Positions 43,852 to 54,009 of a stretch of DNA of 64,000 bases are shown piece by piece (within the stretch, counting starts at the first letter, position 1; every line of letters starts with the position of its first letter). This DNA comes from Candidatus Vogelbacteria bacterium (GTDB lineage: Bacteria > Patescibacteriota > Minisyncoccia > Phycocordibacterales > XYD1-FULL-46-19). Location: the NCBI GenBank assembly GCA_903878275.1, contig CAIRHC010000006.1:15633-79632 (forward strand). Direction: 5' to 3'. The position numbers and the translations under genes are program-made. The notes beneath the pieces were generated by a model that saw only the letters and a list, made by a program, of their open reading frames with translations, was not told the origin of the DNA and did not search any database.

Positions 43852-45348
43852 GTGAATAATAGTAAGGATTCCGAAGCGATCAAAAAGCAATTGGCTTCGA
43901 AGAATAGCAAATTTTGGGACACCAGGAGAAAAATTGATTCTCTACGTCTTTTTCGTTTGGCTTCCAAAAATGTTTTAGCTTACCAGAAATTTCTTAAACG
44001 ACACAAAATTGATTCGACTCAAATTAAAGATTGTAAAGACTTCGCTAAAATTCCAGCAATTAGTAAAAAAAATTATCTAAGATATTATCCTTACCCAGAA
44101 CTTTTTTGGTCTGGCGAAACCGCAAAAAATGCTACTTATACCTCTACATCTGGTTCGACGGGTGAATCTTTTTATTTCCCAAGAGAATCAACTCTGGATT
44201 GGCAATCTTCGATTATTCACGAAAATTTTATCAATGGCTTCAGCAAAAAAGGAGAATCGGTTCTAGTTGTGGTAACTTTTGGAATGGGCGTCTGGATTGG
44301 GGGATTGATGACTTATCGCGCTTTCGAATATGTCCGAGACCGTAGCAACCGAAAAATCTCAATCATTACACCCGGTATAAATAAAAGTGAAATTTTTACA
44401 ACCTTGCAAAAATTATCGCCGATGTTTGACCACACCATAATTTGTGGTTATCCACCATTCGTTAAAGATGTTATTGACGAAGCGGAAACCTTAAAAATAA
44501 ATACTAAAAAATTAAATTTAAAATTTTCTTTCGCCGCCGAATCTTTTACTGAAAGTTATCGTGATTTTTTGAAAGAAAAAGTTGATCTTAAAAATAAATA
44601 TCTAGAAACAATCAGTATCTATGGTAGCGCCGATATCGGTGCTATGGCGTCGGAAACACCGCTTAGTATTCTAGTTAGAGAATTAGCGATCAAGGATAAA
44701 AAATTCTTTGAAAGTATCTTTGGGCAAATAAATAAAACGCCAACTTTAGCTCAATTTAATCCGTCTTTTATTAATTTCGAAGAAGTTGAAGGAGAGCTCT
44801 TACTCACTGGTAATAGCACGATTCCTTTGATCCGCTATGCACTTGGCGATAACGGCGGAGTTTTTACTTATGATCAGATTGTTGCCAAAGCAAAAAACTT
44901 TAATATAGATTTAGACAATTTAGTAAAAAAACTCGGCCTAAAAGATACGGTTTCCGAGTTACCGTTTGTTTATGTATACGAACGAAAAGATTTATCGACC
45001 ACTCTTTATGGATTAAATGTTTTTCCTGAATTTATAAAAGAAGCTCTCTTGCAACCAGAATTGCACAAATATTGTACTGGCAAGATGGCAATGTGTACCA
45101 AGTTTAACAAAAAACAAGACCAATTTTTAGAGATCAATGTGGAACTTAAAAAAAATGTTACCTCCAACCAAAATCTAGCTAAAAAAATTCAAAAAGTGGT
45201 TCTGTCTCATCTTCTAAAAAGAAGTTCGGAATATCGCGAATTATACAAATTTATTAAAAATCGGGCTTTGCCAAAAATTGTTTTGTGGTCAGCCGAAAAC
45301 CCCAAATATTTTCGTCCGGGTATTAAACAAAAGTGGGTAATAAAATAA
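43852..45348 (+). CDS. adenylate-forming enzyme of the phenylacetate-CoA ligase (PaaK/CapK, F390-synthetase) family
   Basis: YTSTSGSTGESFYFP (AMP-binding TSGTTG motif). Family-typical length. Confidence 0.65.
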   Translation: MNNSKDSEAIKKQLASKNSKFWDTRRKIDSLRLFRLASKNVLAYQKFLKRHKIDSTQIKDCKDFAKIPAISKKNYLRYYPYPELFWSGETAKNATYTSTSGSTGESFYFPRESTLDWQSSIIHENFINGFSKKGESVLVVVTFGMGVWIGGLMTYRAFEYVRDRSNRKISIITPGINKSEIFTTLQKLSPMFDHTIICGYPPFVKDVIDEAETLKINTKKLNLKFSFAAESFTESYRDFLKEKVDLKNKYLETISIYGSADIGAMASETPLSILVRELAIKDKKFFESIFGQINKTPTLAQFNPSFINFEEVEGELLLTGNSTIPLIRYALGDNGGVFTYDQIVAKAKNFNIDLDNLVKKLGLKDTVSELPFVYVYERKDLSTTLYGLNVFPEFIKEALLQPELHKYCTGKMAMCTKFNKKQDQFLEINVELKKNVTSNQNLAKKIQKVVLSHLLKRSSEYRELYKFIKNRALPKIVLWSAENPKYFRPGIKQKWVIK

Positions 45349-45396
45349 ACCTAAACAAATTTCCGCTTTTAGCTTTTTTACGGTAAGATTAAAATT

Positions 45397-46440
45397 ATGA
45401 AAGTAAATCTAGACAAAATGAGGCTAAAATTGGAAACGGAAGCCAACCTGTTTTTTGAGTTAGAAAAAATTGAGGATAAAATAAAATTTCTTTTACGTTT
45501 TGCCATCTTGGCACCATCAACCCACAACACCCAGCCCTGGCTTTTCAAGGTCACAGATAATTCTTGTTTAGTCTTCTTAAATCCTAAATTAAAACTAAAA
45601 TATGCCGATGCTAAAAATCGCGATATTTATATCAGCATTGGCTGTGCCATAGAAAATTTACTAATTGCTGCACAATATTATGGATTAGAGGGTAAAGTTA
45701 CTTACAAAGATTCAGAAGATAATCTCGTGGCAACCATATCGTTTAGTGAAAACATTGAAAAAAGAGAGTTGGAATCTTTAGAGAAAACAATTTTGTATCG
45801 CGTAAATTCTCGTGGTCCTTTTACTGATGAAAAAATTCCGGATATATTTCTAGAGCATCTAAACCAAATATTTTTAGAAAATCATGCTGAAAATGATATT
45901 CAAGTTCATTTTATAAAAGAAAAAAATGACGTTAAAAAAATTGCCGAGTTAACCCAGCTTGGGATGAAAATAGCTCATTCCAATAAAGATTTCCGACAAG
46001 AAATGTCTCGTTGGATAGTAAATAATTACACCAGACGCCGAGACGGTATGATCGGTTATTCGATGAATATGCCTGGACCGATTTCACTACTCGTGTCTAA
46101 AGTTGTCCGTTTTTTTAATATGGGGAAAATAATGGGCAAATTAAATTATATGAGCGTTTCATCGGCTCCCTTGATTTGTGTTTTTACCGCTCCGGACTTA
46201 AAAACTGAAACTTGGTTAAAAATCGGAAGACTCGTTGAGCGTTTAACTCTTGAGCTACAGAAAGAAAATTTCAGCACCTCAATTTATCTAGCTTCAGTAG
46301 AAATGGGAGATTTGTATAAGGAAATTCAAAATATTTTAAAAACTTCGAGTTTACCTCAATTTGTTTTTGCTTCAGGTTTTATGGATAAAACTTTTAAAAC
46401 TACGCCGAGGCACGAACTGGAAGAAAAATTATTAAATTAA
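45397..46440 (+). CDS. two-domain nitroreductase-superfamily (SagB-type dehydrogenase-like) FMN protein
   Basis: AILAPSTHNTQPWLFKV is the nitroreductase signature. 347 aa suggests a tandem nitroreductase fold. Confidence 0.65.
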   Translation: MKVNLDKMRLKLETEANLFFELEKIEDKIKFLLRFAILAPSTHNTQPWLFKVTDNSCLVFLNPKLKLKYADAKNRDIYISIGCAIENLLIAAQYYGLEGKVTYKDSEDNLVATISFSENIEKRELESLEKTILYRVNSRGPFTDEKIPDIFLEHLNQIFLENHAENDIQVHFIKEKNDVKKIAELTQLGMKIAHSNKDFRQEMSRWIVNNYTRRRDGMIGYSMNMPGPISLLVSKVVRFFNMGKIMGKLNYMSVSSAPLICVFTAPDLKTETWLKIGRLVERLTLELQKENFSTSIYLASVEMGDLYKEIQNILKTSSLPQFVFASGFMDKTFKTTPRHELEEKLLN

Positions 46441-46443
46441 ATT

Positions 46444-47550
46444 ATGGATAAAAAATTAGACAACTATTTAAAAAGTGTAACGATTGAATCTGACAGTCAG
46501 CCTGTTTTTTTTGATTTAAAAAACCAAGATGACCAACAAAAATTACTTAGTCTGTTTGAATTAAATAAAATTAAAAAAGTTATCGATAATTACGGTGAAC
46601 AGAATGGGGAACTAGCTTTAGTAAATAATCCGCCACTGATTGCTATTAAAAAAGAAAACTCTACAGTTAGCGAGGGTGTAGAAGATCCAGAAAAAGGTTT
46701 GTGGATTTATTTCCCGTGGAAAGATACTTTAGTCCATTCGCTCGACAAAGAAGATTACGAAAAATTACGTTTGTCTCGAAATAATAACCTTATTAGCCCA
46801 TCGCAACAAGAAAAAATAAAAGCTTTAAGAATCGGTCTGGCGGGATTAAATGTTGGTAATCCCGGCGCTATTTCTTTGATTCAAGAAGGCGTTCAAAAAT
46901 TGAAAATGGCAGATTTAGATATTTTATCTTTATCTAATCTTAATCGCTTCCGAGCTGGATTGCCCGATGTCGAGCTTGATAAAACAATCATTACCGCCAG
47001 GCAAATCTATGAAATAAATCCTTTTGCCGAACTAGAGTTATACAGTAAAGGCATTCAGTCAGATAATATCGACAAATTTCTGCTTGAACCTAAAATCGAT
47101 TTACTCATAGAAGAAATGGATAATTTAAAGCTCAAAATTGCGATTAGAGAAAAAGCTAAGCAATTTAAAATACCGGTGTTAATGGTGACTGGTAATGGAT
47201 CTAATATTATAATTGATATTGAACGTTATGATTTGGATGAAAATATTCCACTTCTTAATGGCTACCTAAAACCTGAAATTATTGAGCAAATAAGTAAAGT
47301 TGTTCCGACCACCGATCTGCGTGAAAAAATGTCTCTCGCTCGAGATTTTATGGGTAAAGAATATTTAGTTAAAGAATTACGCGAATCTTTTGATCGCGTC
47401 GGTATAGATTTGGCGGGTATTCCACAATTAGCTGAAGCAACTTTTTTCCGTGGAGCAACTCTTGCTTATTTTACTCGTCGTATCGCCGTGGATAAAGATA
47501 TTCCTTCCGGACGGTATCTTCTAGAAGTGGATAAACTCAAGTTAGTTTAA
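46444..47550 (+). CDS. E1-like (ThiF/MoeB-family) adenylyltransferase domain protein
   Basis: Rossmann IGLAGLNVGNPGAISLIQEGV; DLDILSLSNLNRF (E1 DxDxVxxSNLNRQ motif). Confidence 0.65.
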   Translation: MDKKLDNYLKSVTIESDSQPVFFDLKNQDDQQKLLSLFELNKIKKVIDNYGEQNGELALVNNPPLIAIKKENSTVSEGVEDPEKGLWIYFPWKDTLVHSLDKEDYEKLRLSRNNNLISPSQQEKIKALRIGLAGLNVGNPGAISLIQEGVQKLKMADLDILSLSNLNRFRAGLPDVELDKTIITARQIYEINPFAELELYSKGIQSDNIDKFLLEPKIDLLIEEMDNLKLKIAIREKAKQFKIPVLMVTGNGSNIIIDIERYDLDENIPLLNGYLKPEIIEQISKVVPTTDLREKMSLARDFMGKEYLVKELRESFDRVGIDLAGIPQLAEATFFRGATLAYFTRRIAVDKDIPSGRYLLEVDKLKLV

Positions 47551-47588
47551 ATTAGCCAAAAATCTCCCAGATCTGCTATAATATTCTT

Positions 47589-49238
47589 ATGGTGATTAGT
47601 AACGTTGATTTATTTTTGACAATTATTCCAAGTTTTTTGATAGCTTATTTAGGTATCATTATTTTATTTCACGGACGAAAAAGCGTTACTAATATTTTTT
47701 TTGCTTTAATTAGTTTTTGTACTGTTTTTTGGTCCATCGCTAATTATCTTTCAATCAGCTCTCCTGATGATCAAACTTTATTTTGGACAAGGCTAGTCCT
47801 TTTTTTCGCTGTTCCTCACGCTCTACTTTTTTTGTTATTTGTCTACAACTTTCCAGCAACTAAAATTACCAATCGAAAATTTTTGACTATTTTATTATCA
47901 ATTATGATAATAACGATGCTCGCAACGGTGTCACCCTTTGTTTTTTCTGGTATAAATTTTGTTGACGGCAAAACTATTCCCCAGACAGGAATCTTGATTC
48001 CAATTTTTGCCTTGGTTGTCCTTGGTTCTTTGTTTTCCGCTCTTTATTTAATTATTAAAAAATATTTAACCGCCAACAAAGACGATAAGGAGCACTGGCG
48101 CGTTATGCTAATCGGCACAGCATTAAGTTATATTTTTATTATCGCGACAAATTTTATTTTAGTTGTTTTTTACCAAGATACTTCTTATCTGAAATTTGGA
48201 CCATTGTTTATGCTACCGACAATTATCGGAATGGGTTATGCTATTCTGCGCTACCAGCTATTAAACGTAAAAGCTATTGCCACAGAAATTTTAACCTTGG
48301 TCATTTTGTCTATTTCTGTTGTTGAAGCTTATTTATCACAGACAAGTTTAGAATTGGCAATGAGATTAATCATTTTTGTTTTTTATGCTATTTTTGGAAT
48401 ATTAATTATTCGTAGTGTTTTAAAAGAAGTTGAACAACGCCAACACATCGAAAAATTAGCGGGTGATTTAGCTTTAACCAACAACCAATTAAAATTTGCA
48501 AACGACAAACTTAAAGAAATTGACCGACAAAAAACTGAATTTGTGTCTATTGCTTCTCACCAGCTTCGCAGCCCACTGACTGCGATTAAGGGCTATTCAT
48601 CAATGCTTCTCGAGGGATCTTTTGGTGATTTTCCCGAAAAAGCACATAATGCGGTTGAGCGAATTTCGGAATCTAGCCAAAAATTGGTTACCGTCATCGA
48701 AGACTTTTTGAATGTCACCCGCATCGAACTTGGCAAAATGAATTACGAGTTAAGCAACTTTGATATTGGTAAGTTAGCCGAACAGGTCATTGGAGAAATC
48801 AAACCAAACATCGAAAAACGTGGTTTGACCATTTCTTACGAAACCGATGGTAACGATCACACCATAAACGCCGATCCTGGTAAAATTAGTCAGGTAATTT
48901 CTAATATTATTGATAATGCTTCCAAATATACCAAAGAAGGCTGGGTAAAAGTCCGCGTTGAAAATTTGAAAAAGACCAACAAAAGCAAGTCTGATACAAT
49001 ACGAATCACCGTAAAAGATAGCGGTATCGGTATTGATAAAAAAAATATCACTCGATTGTTTGAAAAATTCATCCGTGCCGATGACGCCGGCAAAACCAAC
49101 ATCCTCGGCACCGGTCTTGGTCTTTATGTCGCCAAACAGATGGTCGAAGGACTGGGCGGTAAAATCTGGGCAGAGTCAGAAGGTCTCGACAAAGGCTCAA
49201 CTTTCATTGTCGAATTTAAACAAGCCAAAACCAAATAA
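47589..49238 (+). CDS. membrane-integral sensor histidine kinase
   Basis: About 7 N-terminal TM helices. H-box FVSIASHQLRSPLTAI, N/G boxes, GTGLGLYVAKQMVEGLGG. Confidence 0.85.
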   Translation: MVISNVDLFLTIIPSFLIAYLGIIILFHGRKSVTNIFFALISFCTVFWSIANYLSISSPDDQTLFWTRLVLFFAVPHALLFLLFVYNFPATKITNRKFLTILLSIMIITMLATVSPFVFSGINFVDGKTIPQTGILIPIFALVVLGSLFSALYLIIKKYLTANKDDKEHWRVMLIGTALSYIFIIATNFILVVFYQDTSYLKFGPLFMLPTIIGMGYAILRYQLLNVKAIATEILTLVILSISVVEAYLSQTSLELAMRLIIFVFYAIFGILIIRSVLKEVEQRQHIEKLAGDLALTNNQLKFANDKLKEIDRQKTEFVSIASHQLRSPLTAIKGYSSMLLEGSFGDFPEKAHNAVERISESSQKLVTVIEDFLNVTRIELGKMNYELSNFDIGKLAEQVIGEIKPNIEKRGLTISYETDGNDHTINADPGKISQVISNIIDNASKYTKEGWVKVRVENLKKTNKSKSDTIRITVKDSGIGIDKKNITRLFEKFIRADDAGKTNILGTGLGLYVAKQMVEGLGGKIWAESEGLDKGSTFIVEFKQAKTK

Positions 49239-49274
49239 TTTGAGCTAGTGGCTATTTTCTGCTACCATTAATAA

Positions 49275-50258
49275 ATGGAAGAAAATAACAAAAAAATATT
49301 ATTATCGGGTGTCAAACCGACCGGGCGACCACATATCGGTAATTATTTTGGGGCGATGAAACAATTTGTCGATTTGCAAGATAAATATCAGGCTTACGTT
49401 TTTATTGCTGACCTACACGCCCTCACGACATCTCGCGACCCCAAGCAACTTCGACAAGATACTCTTGATCTAGTTTTTGATTACCTCGCCATCGGACTTG
49501 ATCCAGAAAAAGTCATTTTCTTTAAGCAATCTGACATCCTAGAACACACCAACCTTGGTTGGATTTTTAACTGTCTCACGACAATGCCATATCTTGCACG
49601 TGCTCACGCCTTCAAAGATGCCGAGGTCAAAAACAAAGAGGTCAATGTCGGTCTGTTTGATTACCCGTTATTAATGGCGGCGGATATTTTGCTGTACGAT
49701 ACCGATGTCGTGCCCGTCGGGCAGGATCAAAAACAGCACGTGGAAATCGCGCGCGACACTGCCGAAAAATTTAATTTCAGTTATGGAGAGACTTTTAAAT
49801 TGCCAGTGCCTTTGATTTTGGACGATGTCAAAACCGTCATTGGTCTTGATGGTCAAAAAATGAGCAAAAGTTATGGCAACACCATTCCACTTTTTGCCGA
49901 TGAAGCCGAGATTAAAAAATTAGTTGCCACTATAAAAACCGATTCCAAAGGAGTAGAGGAGTCGAAAAATCCGGAAGAATGCAATGTTTTTGCTTTACAT
50001 AAATTGTTCACCCCAACCGAGCAACTCACTGAAATTAAAAAAAGATATATTGACGGAGGAATTGGCTACAAAGAATCGAAAGATATTTTGGCTGATAATA
50101 TGAATAAATATCTAACTCCACTCCGAGAGAAGAGAGCCGAAATCGCCAAAGACCCCGCCAAAGTAATCGAGATTCTAAAAAAAGGCGCCGAGATCGGCCG
50201 TAAAAAAGCGGAAGCCAAAATGACTGATGTCCGAGCTAAAGTGGGAATTGATTTATAA
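49275..50258 (+). CDS. trpS: tryptophanyl-tRNA synthetase
   Basis: SGVKPTGRPHIGNYFG (HIGH-like), GQDQKQH, KMSKSYGN. Confidence 0.9.
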   Translation: MEENNKKILLSGVKPTGRPHIGNYFGAMKQFVDLQDKYQAYVFIADLHALTTSRDPKQLRQDTLDLVFDYLAIGLDPEKVIFFKQSDILEHTNLGWIFNCLTTMPYLARAHAFKDAEVKNKEVNVGLFDYPLLMAADILLYDTDVVPVGQDQKQHVEIARDTAEKFNFSYGETFKLPVPLILDDVKTVIGLDGQKMSKSYGNTIPLFADEAEIKKLVATIKTDSKGVEESKNPEECNVFALHKLFTPTEQLTEIKKRYIDGGIGYKESKDILADNMNKYLTPLREKRAEIAKDPAKVIEILKKGAEIGRKKAEAKMTDVRAKVGIDL

Positions 50259-50259
50259 A

Positions 50260-50760
50260 ATGGAACAAATAGAAAAACAGGGGTTGAAGTACGCTTTAAT
50301 TTCCGGCCAACTTAATGCCAATGATTTTTTAGTAAAAATTTTTGAGATCGACCAGGCGAGCGATGAACACACGGAAGCAGTAAATAATTTGGCAACCCTT
50401 AAAGATGAAGAGGTTAGACAAAGACTCCAAGAGCCCGAAGAAATTTTTCTAAAATACTGCAAAATCTTATCTCTTACTAATTTTCATATTGGACAAATTG
50501 AGGCAATGGATCACGCAAATCCAGAAAAAGCCTTGAACTATTTCGAGGAAGCCTTGGCGCCTACCAAAAATGTCAAAGATTCAAGCTACCAAGATTGGGT
50601 TTATTATGTTTCTGGCACAATCGCTTACTTTAAAAATAATCTGGATTCTTTAAGTGATTTTATCGCAAAAATATCAGACGAGAAAAACAAAAAAGTATTA
50701 GAAAGGCTTCTGATCGGACTAACAGAAAGAGGAGAGCCTGATTACATAAAAGATTATTAA
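50260..50760 (+). CDS. hypothetical protein
   Basis: Internal ATG (MEQIEKQG) of ORF 50227, which otherwise overlaps trpS. No motif recognised. Confidence 0.4.
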   Translation: MEQIEKQGLKYALISGQLNANDFLVKIFEIDQASDEHTEAVNNLATLKDEEVRQRLQEPEEIFLKYCKILSLTNFHIGQIEAMDHANPEKALNYFEEALAPTKNVKDSSYQDWVYYVSGTIAYFKNNLDSLSDFIAKISDEKNKKVLERLLIGLTERGEPDYIKDY

Positions 50761-50768
50761 GAAACAAA

Positions 50769-51089
50769 ATGCCTTGGATTTTACCTCTCTCATTTTTAAT
50801 TCTGTTTGAAATAATTGCGGATATTTTTGCGAAAGAATGGTCTTTAAAGACCCATCTTTGGTATTTGGCTTTCGGGGCTTTAGCTTCTTATGTGATCGCC
50901 AATAGTTTTTGGCTTTTTGCCTTAAAAAACGGCTCGGGCTTAGCTCGTGGAGCAATAATTTTCTCGGTCGCCACCGCCATTATCGCCACACTTTTAGGTC
51001 TTTTTTGGTATCAAGAAAAAGTTTCAAATGTTCAAATCGCAGGCATCATCGCTGGTATCATTTCTATTATTTTGATTTTTTGGGAATAA
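50769..51089 (+). CDS. small 4-TM transporter of the DMT/SMR (EmrE/SugE-like) type
   Basis: 106 aa with four hydrophobic helices; Glu in TM1 (LFEIIADIFAKE). Confidence 0.5.
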   Translation: MPWILPLSFLILFEIIADIFAKEWSLKTHLWYLAFGALASYVIANSFWLFALKNGSGLARGAIIFSVATAIIATLLGLFWYQEKVSNVQIAGIIAGIISIILIFWE

Positions 51090-51203
51090 AATGGTATTAT
51101 TTAAACAAGCTTTTGGGCCGATTAACAACCGGATTCAAACTCAAGGCATAAGTAATAAATCAGGGTGGCACCGCGGTGAATCTTAAATATTTAGATCCAA
51201 AAA

Positions 51204-51252
51204 CCGCCCCTGCAAGTTTTTTCATTTTGAAGAACTTGCAGGGGCGGTTTTT
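51204..51252 (+). terminator. strong bidirectional intrinsic terminator
   Basis: Perfect 15-bp stem CCGCCCCTGCAAGTT/AACTTGCAGGGGCGG with A-run upstream and T-run downstream. Confidence 0.75.
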
Positions 51253-51290
51253 ATTAAAAATATTATTAGAAGAAATTAACAAACAAATTT

Positions 51291-52622
51291 ATGATAAACA
51301 GAATTAAAATAAGTGACCTAAAAGAACATACAGGTAAAGAAGTTTCAATCGCAGGCTGGGTGGATGTCCGCCGAGACCACGGCAAATTGATCTTTATTGA
51401 TTTGCGTGACGCTTCGGGCAAGGTCCAGATGGTTATCTTACCAAATCACGCCGAAGCCGGCGCCGTAGCCACCAAATTGCGCCCAGAGTGGGTGATTAAG
51501 GTGACAGGCCTGGTTAACAAGCGCCCAGACAAAATGATCAGCCCAGAGCAAGAAAATGGTGATATCGAGATTGAAGTCACAGGTATAGAAATTTTGAGCG
51601 AAGCCAAAGAATTGCCATTTGATACTGGCGCAGAACTTAATTTTGATACCTATCTTGATCACTTACCTTTGACTTTGCGAGGTGACAAGCCGAGAGCGAT
51701 TTTCCGCGTTCAAGCGCAAATAATAAAATCTTTCCGCGATTTCCTAACCGCCGAAGGTTTCACTGAAATTCAAGCACCAAAACTAATTGGCGATGACGCC
51801 GAAGGTGGTGCCAACTCTTTTAATGTTGAATACTTTGGTCACACCGCCCATCTCGCACAAAGCCCACAGCTTTACAAACAAATTATGGTCGGCATTTTTG
51901 AAAAAGTTTTTGCCGCCGGGAATGTTTATCGTGCCGAAAAACACAGCACCACACGACACTTAAACGAATACACAAGTCTAGACCTCGAAATGGGTTTTAT
52001 CACGGACCATACCGATGTGATGAATATGGAGAACAAGCTTTTGGCAAAAATTATGGCAGATTTAAAAATAAACTGCGCCAAAGAATTTGCACTACTCAAA
52101 GCTGAAATTCCTGATGTGCCCGAAAAAATTCCAGTAATGAAATTGCGAGAAGCTCAAGAAATTATGAAAAAAGAAACCGGCGAAGACAGTACTAGCGAAC
52201 CAGATCTCGAACCTCAACACGAACGCTGGCTCTGCGAATATGCCAAGAAAAAATTTAATTCTGATTTTATTTTCATTTCACATTTTCCTATTTCCAAGCG
52301 TCCATTTTACACTTACGAAGACGAAAATGATCTAGGTTACGCCAAGGGTTTCGACTTATTGTTCCGGGGTGTGGAAATTACCACCGGCGCCCAACGCATC
52401 CACAGTTATGATTCTCTCGTCGCTTCGATGGAGAAGAAAAGTCTCAAGCCGGAAAGTTTTAGTTACTATCTTCAAGCCTTCAAATATGGCATTCCTCCGC
52501 ATGGTGGTCTAGGACTTGGCTTAGAGCGCCTGACCGCCAAACTCCTCGGCATTGAAAATGTTAAAGAAGCGACTCTTTTCCCACGCGACTTAAACCGCAT
52601 TGACGTTTTGTTGTCAAAATAA
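51291..52622 (+). CDS. aspS: aspartyl-tRNA synthetase, archaeal/eukaryal type (class IIb, 443 aa; probably non-discriminating)
   Basis: N-terminal OB fold, FRVQAQIIKSFRDFL, HLAQSPQLYKQ, AEKHSTTRHLNEYTSLDLEMGF, GGLGLGLERL. Confidence 0.85.
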   Translation: MINRIKISDLKEHTGKEVSIAGWVDVRRDHGKLIFIDLRDASGKVQMVILPNHAEAGAVATKLRPEWVIKVTGLVNKRPDKMISPEQENGDIEIEVTGIEILSEAKELPFDTGAELNFDTYLDHLPLTLRGDKPRAIFRVQAQIIKSFRDFLTAEGFTEIQAPKLIGDDAEGGANSFNVEYFGHTAHLAQSPQLYKQIMVGIFEKVFAAGNVYRAEKHSTTRHLNEYTSLDLEMGFITDHTDVMNMENKLLAKIMADLKINCAKEFALLKAEIPDVPEKIPVMKLREAQEIMKKETGEDSTSEPDLEPQHERWLCEYAKKKFNSDFIFISHFPISKRPFYTYEDENDLGYAKGFDLLFRGVEITTGAQRIHSYDSLVASMEKKSLKPESFSYYLQAFKYGIPPHGGLGLGLERLTAKLLGIENVKEATLFPRDLNRIDVLLSK

Positions 52623-52672
52623 ACACTTAATTCACAGGACAAAACTTAAAAAATAAGCTAGAATTACCATAA

Positions 52673-53401
52673 ATGGATGAAATCTTTAAAGTAAAGATTG
52701 GTGATTTTGAAGGTCCACTTGATCTTTTACTCACTTTAATCGAGAAACGAAAACTGCACATTTCTGATGTCTCTTTGGCGCAGGTCACCGAAGATTATAT
52801 TGCTTTTTTGGACAACCCAGATGAGACAGCTTCGATGGGTAATTTAGCCAATTTTATCACCGTCGCTTCGACCCTGATGTTGATAAAATCTTCTGCGCTT
52901 TTACCAGGATTGACTTTGACCACCGAAGAAAAAGAAAGTATTGAAGATTTAGAAAACCGCTTGAAACATTACCAAAGAGTAAAAGAGCTAAGTCTTCACT
53001 TGCGGGACCGCTTCGGTAAACAAAAAATTTATAACCGAGAACTAACCAAAGAAACGATTATCGTTTTTTCACCGACAAACGAAATTACGAAAGAAAATTT
53101 ATGGTCCGCAATTAAAAATGTTTTGTTAGCTTTGCCGAAAAAAGAAATTTTGCCAAAAATGGTTGTCCGCAAAATAATTAGTCTTGAAGAAGTAATTGAT
53201 AATTTGACCAAGCGGATGCAGGATGCGATCAAGATGCGTTTCAGTGATTTTGTTAAAGATAAAAAAGAAAAGATAAATGTGATTGTTAGTTTTCTGGGAA
53301 TGCTCGAGCTAGTCAAAAGGGGAATGGTCGAAATTGAACAAAAAAGCCATTTTGCCGAAATAGATATGGAGACAAAAAGTGTTGGTGTGCCTCGTTATTA
53401 A
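52673..53401 (+). CDS. scpA: segregation and condensation protein A
   Basis: ...FEGPLDLLLTLIEKRKLHISDVSLAQVTEDYIAF matches the ScpA N-terminus. Confidence 0.85.
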   Translation: MDEIFKVKIGDFEGPLDLLLTLIEKRKLHISDVSLAQVTEDYIAFLDNPDETASMGNLANFITVASTLMLIKSSALLPGLTLTTEEKESIEDLENRLKHYQRVKELSLHLRDRFGKQKIYNRELTKETIIVFSPTNEITKENLWSAIKNVLLALPKKEILPKMVVRKIISLEEVIDNLTKRMQDAIKMRFSDFVKDKKEKINVIVSFLGMLELVKRGMVEIEQKSHFAEIDMETKSVGVPRY

Positions 53402-53419
53402 TTGTTATAATCTAAAACA

Positions 53420-54001
53420 ATGACACTTGAAGCCAAAATCGAAGCCTTGCTGTTTTTTCGAGCCGAACCTTGGTCGGTGGCTGGTTTGGCAAAAGCTTTA
53501 GAGGAGACCGAGCCTGACGTAACCAGCGCCATTGAAAATCTAAAAAATATTTTATTGGAAAGAGGCATTCGCTTGATTCAAAATGACAAAGAAATTGTCT
53601 TGGGCACCGCTCCTGAAGCCAGTGGCTTGATCGAAAGAATCACCAAAGAAGAACTATCAAAAGACCTAGGCAAAGCAGCAATAGAAACCTTAACTATCAT
53701 ACTTTACGAGGGTCCAATTTCTCGCGCTCAAGTTGATCATATCCGTGGCGTTAATTCTAGTTTTATCATCCGTAATTTACTCATCCGTGGTCTAGTCGAA
53801 AAAACACTCAACGAAAAAGATGCTCGCGCTTATTTATACAAACCATCGCTTGATTTACTTGAACACCTCGGCTTAACTGACATAAAAGAAATGCCGGAAT
53901 ATGAAGATATTCACAACAAAATTGCCGAATTTCAAAAACAGTTGACGGAAAAAGCAGAAGAAGAAAAAGAATTATCAGAAGATATGGATAGTTTAGAATA
54001 A
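53420..54001 (+). CDS. scpB: segregation and condensation protein B
   Basis: KIEALLFFRAEPWSVAGLAKAL... and tandem wHTH. Immediately follows scpA. Confidence 0.85.
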   Translation: MTLEAKIEALLFFRAEPWSVAGLAKALEETEPDVTSAIENLKNILLERGIRLIQNDKEIVLGTAPEASGLIERITKEELSKDLGKAAIETLTIILYEGPISRAQVDHIRGVNSSFIIRNLLIRGLVEKTLNEKDARAYLYKPSLDLLEHLGLTDIKEMPEYEDIHNKIAEFQKQLTEKAEEEKELSEDMDSLE

Positions 54002-54009
54002 AAAATAAA

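Noticed and set aside
50909-51151. 80-aa ORF downstream of the SMR-like gene.
   Set aside because: Overlaps the preceding gene out of frame and runs into the terminator region; His/Arg-rich low complexity.
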